Shown: in pieces, positions 41,801 through 52,149 of the stretch
Position numbering within the stretch: the stretch's first letter is position 1
How the letters are laid out: every line of letters starts with the position of its first letter
Assembly: GCA_002633005.1 (NCBI GenBank)
Contig: NMRA01000004.1
Location: forward strand, 1,657,144-1,721,143
Length of the DNA stretch: 64,000 nucleotides
Origin: Phoronis australis
Lineage: Eukaryota; Animalia; Phoronida
Direction of reading: 5' to 3'
Made by a program: the position numbers and the translations under genes
Notes under the pieces: model-generated
Database searches by the model: none
Told to the model about the DNA's origin: nothing
The model's input: only the letters and a program-made list of their open reading frames with translations

Positions 41801-44298
41801 GCACTCCGTACAAATCGTCTGTGTTCATCAACGGGTAGATTTTCTTCGTTTCTTCTGGTGACAGGACGTGCGACTCGATACCAAAATATTTTCCGAGCTA
41901 ACAGTTGATGATGGAAATAATGAAAACAACAATAATGATGAAATAATGATAATAATACCATTAGTAACAATGCATGTTTCTTGCGAGTAATAAATGTCTG
42001 CAAACACGGGACCACAAATCTTATCACACTGCACTATTAAGCCATAACCTGGTGCTAATTTTCCTGTGAGAGAGCATCAGCACAGTTGTCTACCCCTGTA
42101 CACCTAGCGCTCTCTTTGGGGCACCAAAAATGTGACTACTTCAAGAAAATGCAGGTTTCAAAACAAGTCAACGAGTTTTGTTGAAATTCAACAGGCTTTG
42201 AAGTCAAGGAGCAAAGTCATAGGGTAAACCCTGGATCAGAGTAATATTCTTCTCAGGAAAAACAGACAAAATCAACATCATATAATTTTAATGTTAAATG
42301 AGAGTTTTCGCTTTGAAATTTCAACAATTTTTGAGAAAATGCAATTTCTTGTCCCCTGCTGTCATTTGCTCTTACAAGTAAAGTTGATGTTATCAAAGTC
42401 TTAAACAATTTGTCAAATGCATCAAACGAAACAAACTATGAATATACACCCCAGCTAATTTAAGAGAGGAATGAATTCTTCACTCAAGACTGTTTTCAAA
42501 GTAGGCCTACGTTATACATGTACAGTTAGTTACCAACAAAGTTACAACATATCACATTAAATGATAGCCATTTGAATGAAACTGTAGTCCCAAGATATGT
42601 CCTCCCAAAATTCACAAGTTTTCACATCAAAAAATATTATGTGCACATTTCAGAACAACTCATCAGAATTTCAAAACATGCAAACAGTTGCCAAAAATAC
42701 ACACACTATGCAAAGTTTTGGAAAATTTTCAAAAATGCCCTCACGGGTGGGCCTATTTTTGGAAATTCCTGGAAAGTGCCTCCTGTTCAATTTTTCTGTT
42801 TGGAAATGATGCACTTTGGCACACCCTGTATAAACTCACAGACATCATTTGTTTATATTCCTCCAGTCTCTCTTTGTCCGACGCGATGAACATGCCGCCA
42901 TTTTCTATCCAACCTGTATTGACCCCAGTCTCGGCTTCAAGACTCTTCATAAGGTTACGGCCGCCAATCATCAGCTGTACATCTGTGTCACTAGGCCGGA
43001 GACGCCACACCAACCCTGTTGAAGACAGCGCCCAAATCGCTTGATAATTCTGAGACTGATAGAGATGAACCACAAAGCTGGTAGTATCATTTTAGGGTAA
43101 ATTCTCGCCAATTAAGGATGCAAATGCCAGAAAGGTGAAATTTTGCTTTCTACTTTTCCTAAATGACCCGTACTACTAAAATAGTGCTTTGCCATATTCA
43201 GGTTCTGCACTAGATACCAACAGACAAGCTCAAGAACCACTGAAATTATTGTAAACGGCAATACAAATTTTGTCTGATTGGTAATACACAAGGGGTCAGA
43301 GGTAAAAGTTCACCTGCCGTGTGCCATGTCGTCCCAGCAGTCAGCTGGTCTTTTTCTATGAGAATGCAGTTGGTGACTCCCAGCTTGGTTAAATGGTACA
43401 ATACACTACAACCGATTACACCGCCCCCTATGATGACCACGTCTGCACTCTTTGGAATGGGGATGACATCATCTTTGACACCTTCCAATGTGCTGTTGCA
43501 GTAACAAAAAGTAAACAATGCTACAAAATTTAGAAAATCTAACCGGATGAAATATAAGATAGGATTGCGATAATGGGCTACTTTCATAACCAACGATCTA
43601 ATTTCTTAAACAATTTTAAAGCCTGTAAAACCGTTGATGAATACATGCATGAAGGCAATGGAACCAAACATAAAAAATTTGTTGCTACAAAAACGTGGCT
43701 GTCAGAAATCAACACCCTGACTGGATTTTTATGGAATGTAGATTAATTTCTGACAGAAGAGTTTAAAAAATCCCAGAAAGCCTTTTGTAGAAAATAGGAT
43801 AAAGGAACAGAACATGCAGTTTTTATGTGAAAGACAACTTGCATACTTGGGCCCAGTTACAAGAATGACGTCGCATTATCACGCGTCACGTTGTTATTGG
43901 GGAACAATGATCAAACTTATTCAGCAGATAATTCTGAAGTTTTATGCTGCTCAACCCAGGTTTTATCCATTAATAACAAACTGTCAGTTCCTTCAAAGTC
44001 CTGAATACACCTCCAATTTGATGATGGAGCCAATTGACGAGACCAAAAGGAAGGCTATTTACAGGTGCTTTAGGAATCGATTCACTTTTCTGAACACTTT
44101 TGAATGCCGAGACTTTCCGTTTCAAAAAAAAACAGGAGGTAGAAATCCAGTGAGAGTCTCTTATTTCGAAATAGGGGCCACTGAAAGTTTTCAGGAGCCT
44201 TACTTGTAGGGTACTGCAGCAGACACGGTTGAACAACAGCGAGGAGTCTTGAAGACATGTTTAGCCTGTTGCAGACACAACCTCGCCTTGGATAGCAT
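23880..44298 (-). CDS. SARDH: Sarcosine dehydrogenase, mitochondrial, paralogue B (complete, 20 coding exons, about 898 aa)
   Basis: Exons: 44204-44298, 43314-43492, 42840-43015, 41718-41897, 41358-41481, 40443-40648, 39287-39416, 38613-38711, 38027-38102, 37563-37704, 36570-36653, 36088-36201, 33868-34006, 33240-33350 (or the duplicate set of exons 11-14 at 28670-32082), 27916-28063, 27452-27521, 26723-26909, 25866-26034, 24862-25022, 23880-23986. Total 2697 nt, in frame. Kozak-like CCACCACCATG. Motifs [17 protein letters not shown] and [27 protein letters not shown]; C-terminus [17 protein letters not shown]. Confidence 0.96.
28124..32125. repeat. Near-identical duplicate of the SARDH-B exon 11-14 block (second copy 32694-36696); probable uncollapsed haplotype
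   Basis: Colinear exon and intron identity of roughly 95% by eye. Duplicate exons at 31999-32082, 31540-31653, 29310-29448 and 28670-28780; the exonic differences I checked are synonymous. The two copies flank the N gap 32395-32693. Confidence 0.9.
31165..31330 (-). mobile_element. tRNA-derived SINE in SARDH-B intron 12 (matching copy about 35708-35872)
   Basis: The minus strand reads cggtacagaggtttgagctctggactcctgtttggaagacccGAGTTTGAATCCcgac, a tRNA-like head with a B box. Confidence 0.5.
32126..32394 (+). mobile_element. 5'-truncated non-LTR retrotransposon (LINE) fragment, end of RT/thumb region
   Basis: Translates as [16 protein letters not shown]...[19 protein letters not shown]...FCKIALGV, the typical YKYLG...P.L.YG.E.WG region of LINE ORF2. 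Begins exactly where identity with the other copy (36696) stops and runs into the N gap. Confidence 0.85.
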
Positions 44299-44498
44299 GG
44301 TGGTGGCTGAAAGAAAGACAGTTGAAGTTATGATATAGATTCTTCAATCATGGAAGTTGATGACTAGTTTTATTCACGGGAAAGGCTGATATACCCTTCA
44401 CTTATTTTACGCAAAAGTAATCTGGCAAACTTGTCTTTTGAATTTTTTTATTAAGCTGAGTACTTTATTGTTCAAACTTTTATCAATTACTGATTACG

Positions 44499-44555
44499 TA
44501 ATAGCAACTGCCCAGTAAAAACTCAATATGATTTTTTACTGGGCAGCTGCTATTA
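44499..44555. repeat. 23-bp inverted repeat hairpin upstream of the SARDH-B start exon
   Basis: taatagcaactgcccagtaaaaa ... tttttactgggcagctgctatta (1 mismatch). Confidence 0.75.
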
Positions 44556-47499
44556 AACATATTCAAATCCTTATTGGAACATTAATATGTTAAACTTCTA
44601 AAAAGGATACTTCAGTAATTTCCATTAATTTCACTCACTAACCTCATTTCACATACCCAAGACTTTTTCGAAATTTATATTTTGTAATCACTTATTTCGC
44701 AGGAGGCTATTTGGTGGTAATGTTTTGCCTCGTCAAATTCGCACGCGATCAGTTTTGCATTTCGGAAAATATGAAGTCAAAGCCTTAATTAGAGAATTAT
44801 ATGACAAAAGGAACATGGCGGCTAGGGCGAATAGCAAGCGCCACCTATATGTCATAATTCTCTACTAATGGTAATCTTGGTAACTTCTTTAAAGTGTGTT
44901 AATGAGGCGCAGCACAAATGTTCATTCACTACCTAAATCACACATTCACACAAGATATATTGTCATGCTCATGCTGCTGTAAAAATTAGACAGAACCACA
45001 ATCAACTGGCCCCACTAAGGCCAACCCATAGGGCTGCCATACGTTGTTAGCTTTTCGGCAAATCTTGCATTATATCAGGATTAGAGGGTTAAAATTTCAA
45101 CTGTCCAAGAATCCCTATCAAAGGGTTTACATAAGTGCAGTGACTTTATCATGAAAACTCCTCAGGCTCATGTGGGTTCCGTGTNCTGCACCCCTACTCT
45201 ACCACCCGGGATATGTCCACTTCACCGAATAAAAACACAATTCACCCACCTCATACTACTATGTACAGTAGTAATGGTGTGCGGATGGTGCAATGATAGG
45301 GTAACCAACTTAATACAGACACAGGTCTGTGCATTTTGTGTAAAGTATGGGACGAAGATATGTAATCATGGAGTGAACAATCGTAAGGATGAAATGACCT
45401 ACTTAAGTAGGCCAACAAAACAAGTTTGTACTATTCGAACTATTGGCTATTGCCAGTATTGGCTACATTGTACGTAGTGCATTAGCGTAGATATCGATGA
45501 GCAATGATAGTTTACGGGGTAACGATGGTAATTGTAGCCTACTAAGTTAGAACAACAAAATACAACCTGACAACTTTCTCCAACACTGTCTTCTATTCTC
45601 GAATAGTTGTTTTCCTCGCAGCACAACTTATCAGCTTCTGTCACTCACTCGTCGACGACGACGATCCAAACAGTGTACTAAGCTAAGAACAAATCCCCCC
45701 CGTGCCCAGCGCACCAAAGAAAGCAGCCTTCAAAACAAGTTGATGTTTTCGGGCAAAGGTCATCCAAACTGCATAGAAACAGGGGATTGGTTCTCCTTGA
45801 TATCTGAAGTCATGACCTTTACATGTTTACAGTCGGCTCCTTGGCAGGTCTGGTTGAAACTGGTTCAGTCGAGTTTTAGCCCCATCACCAAAACTACGTT
45901 TTTATTAGTAGCCGGAAGTCCGCAGTATTACGCAACCTTAGGTCCGTCCGTTCGGCACGGCCCCGTTTCGGTTGGAGTGATGTTCAAACCTGGTTTCCGG
46001 GCTTCACACCGCGTCACGGATAGTTTAATTGTTCTTTGTTATGTATGGGATATAAGGCTGGGAAAAGGGGAAATAGGGGCCTATTATTTAAAAATAAAAA
46101 AACATTTTGTAAATATTCAATGCTATTAATCAATTCAATCCTATTTAATTTAAAATACAAATTAATCCTATTTTCAAATTCCATGCACTGCAGAAATTCA
46201 TGCCCGCCTACCCCGGCAAGCGGGGGGGGGGGGGNGGGGGGGGCCGGCGTACGTATTGCGGCAACAGAAATCGTACCTTTCAAAACTTTAGACTGGAGTA
46301 GAAAGCGGTCGATCGTCCCAATCTAAGCCCGGCTAGAGAGGAATTTCTTTCACCCGGCGATGTCATTTTGCATGAAATCCAAACACATTTTCCATTTAAA
46401 GGGATATCGTACAGTTTTACTGCCGACTGAAAACGTAGTTTTTGGGAGGCGGGGTGGGGATAGACTTTTTCATGGGCGGCGCACCATAGGGGGCTGGGGG
46501 GGGGGCTATAGCCCTGGCCCCCACTTTTTTCAGTGCTAGGCCGCACATGGCGGGCGGTGCACCACAGAAGGACTGAGGGGGCTTTAACCCCTCCACTTTC
46601 AGTCCTGCGCCACCTACGTTGAAATTATTCAGCTTTGACCGGCCGGAGCTAATTAACCTGCGGTTGCATGCTATAAACATTCCCACTAAATAAGATTGGC
46701 CCAAACCCCGCCTATCAGGGTAAAAGGTGGGGTCGGGCAGATTGAACTAGACCGTATTTATCCACCTTGGCTGAGTCGCGCTCGGCTCACGATTAAAGTT
46801 ATCCCGCCAAGCTGCTCTATTCATCGAGTCACGAGCGAGGATAATTTGGCTTCGCTCATGCGGATATGATCAGCTGATTACAATCTAGCGTAGCACACTG
46901 TACTTTTTATTGAGAGAGTTTTACGTAGTTTTTACTATAATATTTGAAGAAAGGAGGAGCGAAAACAAATATGAGTACAACTTTGAATTTTTCAAATCGG
47001 CCCAAGATAAGTCGGAGATTTTGAAACACAGCAACACTCACGATTAGGCCTACTTTGATTTGGCTAGCACGAATACAAAAATATAGGACCTAAGTTACTT
47101 AGATTTTGGAACACATGAATTGCAATATTCAAAATACGTTCATTATGAATCTTACAAGCTGAAAAACGACGTACGTTGTTTAATTTCATTGTGCTCATTC
47201 ATTGTCATCCGTCAAATCGGAAATTTCCGAGATGTGATCTGCGGCGTGCGCGTATGTGTACAAAAAACGTGATTGTTATGTTCCTGAAGTACGAACTTTA
47301 AAAAACTTTAGCATACCGTTATATTATTGACAGGGACACGATAAAACGAATTTGGGTTTGGCTATAGTCTTTATACAGCGAGCTGGCTGACCACTGTGTC
47401 AGTGTCTCCGTTAGACCCAGAAATTTCACACAGCCCGGGTACATGTAGTTCACCTCGTCACCTCGTTCCCAACATATAGATCGAGTATTGGACTATTAC

Positions 47500-47750
47500 A
47501 GCCGATTTAATAAAGGTGGTTTAAAGATGAACCTGGTTTAAACTGGACTTAGATCAGGCTTAAAGATAAACTGCATTTCATAAAGGTGCCTTAACTTTTA
47601 GACCAGTGGTCTAGTAAAACCTGGTTTAACTCAAATTTAGACCTGGTCTAAGTCAGTTTTCATTTCAACAACGAAGTCTATATTCTTTAGATATGTATTA
47701 AGATCTTAAACCAGGTTTAACTTTAGACTTGGTCAGACCTAGGTTTAACT
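47500..47750. repeat. Subterminal region of a DNA transposon (Harbinger-like) with repeated palindromes
   Basis: Starts agccgatttaataaag; repeated aacctggtttaa / ttaaaccaggtttaa / ttagacc.ggtcta motifs. Confidence 0.5.
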
Positions 47751-47909
47751 GTTAAATATGACAGACTTGCATGATATAGGTGCAAATGAATGAGGCCGCG
47801 GTGTGTATTTAAGACGCAGTTTTAGAGCGAACATGGACTATTTTCAATAATCAGTTTTACGACTACACAGGATGAAACGTATCAGAGGCGGATCCGCGAC
47901 TTTTAAGGG

Positions 47910-48205
47910 GAGGCAGCGCAGGCAGGCTCCGACGTAGCACTTAGGCGGGCCCCAGCCAAGTAGCCGGAGACAGCGCAAGCAGGCTCCGACGTAGCACTTA
48001 GGCGGGCCCCAGCCAAGCAGCCGGAGGCAGCGCAGGCAGGCTCAGACGTAGCACTGCTTAGGCGGGCCCCAGCCAAGCAGCTGGAGGCAGCGCAGGCAGG
48101 CTCAGACGTAGCACTGCTTAGGCGGGCTCCAGCCAAGCTGCCGAAGGCAGCGCAGGCAGGCTCCAGCGTAGCACTTAAGCGGGCATCACCCAAGCTTCCG
48201 AAGCG
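47910..48205. repeat. GC-rich minisatellite, 57/60-bp unit, about 5 copies
   Basis: Unit ggcagcgcaggcaggctc(c/a)gacgtagcact(gct)taggcgggccccagccaagcagccgga; periods 57, 60, 60, 57. Preceded by cagaggcggatcc, a MITE-like terminus. Confidence 0.92.
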
Positions 48206-48761
48206 TGTCACTCAGTGTTTTTTCAGGTTCTCAAAAATGATATTCGATTCATAGTTTTCTATGTGCAAAATTTGAAACTATTGCCGCATGAATGGTAACC
48301 AACCACATGCTTGGCCTTGAATGCGTTGTAATGTAGGAAACCATATTAGGTTAACTTTGAAACTTTGATAATATCAAATTTCATCACGACTGAAGTTCCG
48401 CAATGAAGCAAAAAACGTAATGAATATACTTTAAAAAACTGCAGCCCTTAAATAATCTAAATCAAAGTTAATCTTCTAGAATGTGCATTCACCAATATAT
48501 CAGCATCTGTGACGCGCTAAAAATTGACATGCAAAGCATTTGCAATATCAAGACATGGGACTAATTAATAAGCAAAGTATTGAAAAAGTAAAAGCACTGA
48601 CCGGAATCGAAAGGATAGATGCTTGGGAGACTTGAAGACCACTATTCGTGAAATACCCTCAACGGTTTATATGATGTCGGCCTTTGTGCCAAAAGAACTT
48701 CAGAATAGTATTTTTGGAAATTCTTATTAATCATTCGACCCCCAACAGCAAAGTTTACTGG

Positions 48762-49149
48762 ATCGGCATTGCTAATCAAGCGCACACCCAAAACTAAAGT
48801 TCGTTAGGTTGATGGAATGTGGAAAAATATATATCATCTGCCAGCCAGGCACCTGTATAACAAACGGGGTGGGGGAAGTGCAACATTCGCAATGACGGGG
48901 GGGAGGGGTGAGCGGCGGGGNNNNNNNNNNNNNNNNNNNNNNNNNNNNNNNNNNNNNNNNNNNNNNNNNNNNNNNNNNNNNNNNNNNNNNTCGGCATTGC
49001 TAATCAAGCGCACACCCAAAACTCAAGTTCGTTAGGTTCTTGATGGAATGTTGAAAAATATATATCATCTGGCAGCCAGGAACCTGTATAGCAAACGGGT
49101 TGGGGGAGTGCAACATTCGCAATGACGGGGGGAGGGGTGAGCGGCGGGG
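48762..49149. repeat. About 160-bp direct repeat flanking an N gap (overlapping contig ends)
   Basis: tcggcattgctaatcaagcgcacacccaaa...gggtgagcggcgggg appears on both sides of 48921-48990. Confidence 0.85.
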
Positions 49150-49843
49150 AACTTGGGACTCGATAACGATTTCAGGGCGGTAGAAGCCCGGTGAAGCAGT
49201 CAACGGAAGCGTCGTTGGGTTACTTTTTACACCTGAACAGAGTGGTCCTATTTGGAGCATGAGATCACATTATCAGTACACTTTGACTGAAAAGTGTGGC
49301 CCTGGGGAATCTTGATCATTAACTTAGAGGCTGTTTTAAAATCTCTTTTATTAGTAATACAAGCGTGAAGGAAGTCGCATTTATCAGTTGTGGCTGCCTT
49401 CGGGGCGAGAGGGAATTACATGAAACTGCCCGAATGTAACCAACCTACGTCAAAATCAACAAAGGTCTAACTTTGAAAAGGGGTTATTTCAGATAGGGTG
49501 TCGGAAGGCGCCGGGCTAACCAATTTCCGGCCGGCAGAATTACAAGTCAGCCGGCAACGCAAATCACTGCATGGAATTTCCCGGCAATTCCACGAGGCAT
49601 GTACACGTGCACAGACACTTGACAGGTAACTTGGAGTCATGAGAGTTTCGGGGGCCATCTTCCAAGAAATGTTCCGAAATTATTACTGGTTCATTCCAGT
49701 AGTACCTTGTTATGGTGTATAAGTTAAGTTTTTGACGTGAACGCTGTGCACGGTCTTCAAAAAATCATACCCGACACTCTGATCGGCACGAGCCAGTTTC
49801 TTGCATACAGCTTCTTCGTCAACAATGCTTTCCAAACAACGAG

Positions 49844-50007
49844 AATCCTACACGAGTCTCAGGTTTATGACATGGGCAAAACCTCATGGAAATTTCGTCA
49901 AAATCCCGAGGCTTCAAAATCCCGACTCCGAGGCCTGCCGAGTGATTTGTGCGAAATTTCTAAGACATTTTGCCCATGTCATAAATCTGAGACGAGTGTA
50001 TAGGATT
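49844..50007. mobile_element. Palindromic MITE/foldback of about 164 bp
   Basis: Left arm aatcctacacgagtctcaggtttatgacatgggcaaaa; the right arm reverse-complements to aatcctatacactcgtctcagatttatgacatgggcaaaa, with inner gaaatttcg/cgaaatttc pairing. It sits where homology to 57150 breaks. Confidence 0.75.
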
Positions 50008-51083
50008 TGTTTTCTCACATGAACCGTAAAAAAGATTTTTTTGCCGAAAAACTCGACGTGTCTAAAACCACTCCTTGCTAAAACTTTCAACCACATCACT
50101 CAACTTTTGTAAAAACACGCTTGCGCAATATACTAAAGTAAGTCATGAGTTATTGCATTCAGTTTTCGTAGTGAATATTCAAGTTAGAATCTAATAAACA
50201 GTCTTTGGAATTTTATTATTAAAACTTAAAAAATGTTTATAAATAACAGTCAGCAAGGCTTCCCCGCGCGTGAGCACTAAATTGACCTTGAGACAGCACA
50301 GCTAGACAGTCTCGCCGCATTCTCGAGTTCGGGCACGTCTTCCGGCGTTTGAATGAACGTGGATATGTAATTCGCCGCCGAAAATGGGTCCGTTTAAGAA
50401 GTTGTTTGCATGTGCTTTCGAATGGGAGTTCGGACAGTTGCGACACCCGATTTGTCAATCATAACCTCGCCACCTTCTCGGAATTCCGACATTGTTTGGT
50501 TGGCGCACGTTTGCTTGTTTTAGTGTTTTGCAGAGAGTAAAATGTAAGGCGTAGGGATTTCTACTTTGCACTACTTTGTGATTTGCCCATATAATATCAA
50601 AAAATACGTTCTCGGTGTTATTAACCAGTCGTATCGTAACACAATCCAGGTCATGTGAGAAGTGGATTGTGTCTTTTGTTTACTGAGATTGTCTCACATT
50701 TTTGGTCATTTGTGGTGCATGTCTTTATGCGGCTGTGCATTGAAATCCTGCAGAAAACTAACCCCCCACCCTAACAAAAATGCCGTGACCAGGTCTCCGA
50801 ACAAGATAATGTTCTGTCAAATTTTCTCTCGTCTACGAATTTCGCAATGTCTTTCTTTTCTCGGCTTCCCCGGTCCTAGGCCCCGGTCCTAGGCTGCTCG
50901 CCACGATTTCACCCTGGCGCCTGCAAATGATTTAAAGGCGCACACTGCCCACCCCCTGGCTATGATAGTTACAACGCGTGTTGATTCGAGACGACTAGAA
51001 CAACCAGGTGGCAGTCCCAGAGAGGTGATTTTAAACTTACAGTTGGTACTTTTCGCAATACATGACTAAAAACCATCAGCAAG

Positions 51084-51425
51084 ATGCTTCCACTGATATT
51101 TTTGGGTATTGCTGTGGTTACAGCTACCAATCAGAATAACAACGTCAACACTCAACGAAGCAATGATTCTTGCAAATATACTCGTTGGTAGTTCCCAGTG
51201 GCCAGTGCTCAGGATCAAACAGCGAGAATGTGACAGACCAGATCACCTCTCTCCAGCAAATGAGCAACGGTTTCCACCAGCAATTCAGGTTGCAACAAGT
51301 GTTGAACGCGAATCTTGAGCGAAAGATTGCAAGCTTGACTCAAAAGACACTCCAGCAAGCCGACCGAATAGAAGTGCTTAAAAATACTCTACGACAAAAC
51401 GGCATACAGTGTAGAAAGCATTTAG
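51084..51425 (+). pseudogene. Frameshifted duplicate of FReD exon 1
   Basis: Highly similar to 59774-60113, but a 2-nt insertion (tatactcgttgg vs tatacgttgg, about 51182) creates TAG at 51189-51191. The donor is kept. No own FBG exon is seen before the next copy. Confidence 0.85.
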
Positions 51426-52149
51426 GTTAGTTTGTAACATGGTTGAGTGGCACTGCTCTCCTATCTACTTCAGTTAAGAAAAATAAAATTTTATTTTGTT
51501 TTATTCAACTTTAGAGTTTCCTGAAAATCCAATATTTTTGAATGCCTCAATGCAAAAGTATAACATTTTGAAAACAATTGCCAACACCGTTTTGGAGAAC
51601 AGTGCACAAAGTATATTATCTGAACGTTGCAAATGAATACGATAAGGCATTACAAAGAGGACGGCCAGTGGAAGAGTGAAACATGCCAACGGGGTTTGGA
51701 TGTCAAGCACACCACACAGCGGAGGCATCTCCAACAACACTAATGTAAATATTTGGCAAAAATCCCCGTCCAATTAACTTTTATAGCACAAAACACTTGG
51801 TAAATTCTAGAGGCTAGAAGGCACAACCTTCTGAAATAGCGTCTATGGGTCTCCCTCCCACAAAATGGGCACGACGGAGTCGCTGCAATGCAATACCTGT
51901 GATATGGGTATCAAATGACGAAAAACCCTGCCCGAGACAATAAAACTTTTGCTGACCCACAACGCCACCTTGTTTGTTTATTAAGTTTGTATTGTTGGTC
52001 GTCCGAATGTGTTTGGTTTGAGCCCTTCCGGTTCCGTCTCGTATTCACAGGCGCTTGGGTTTATCGCAAATGACGTCACTCAATAATATATATAAGAAAA
52101 CATAAAGGTTTGACACTCGAAATGAACGTCCTGAAGACCTATTCCAGTG

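Noticed and set aside
1-44298. One copy being dimethylglycine dehydrogenase (DMGDH) or PDPR
   Set aside because: Both carry SARDH-type [18 protein letters not shown] and GCGF motifs and share the same exon structure.
47910-48205. CRISPR-like array
   Set aside because: Whole units repeat with no unique spacers, the context is eukaryotic, and there are no cas genes.
48762-49149. LTR pair or biological direct repeat
   Set aside because: The copies abut both sides of a short gap, typical of overlapping contig ends.
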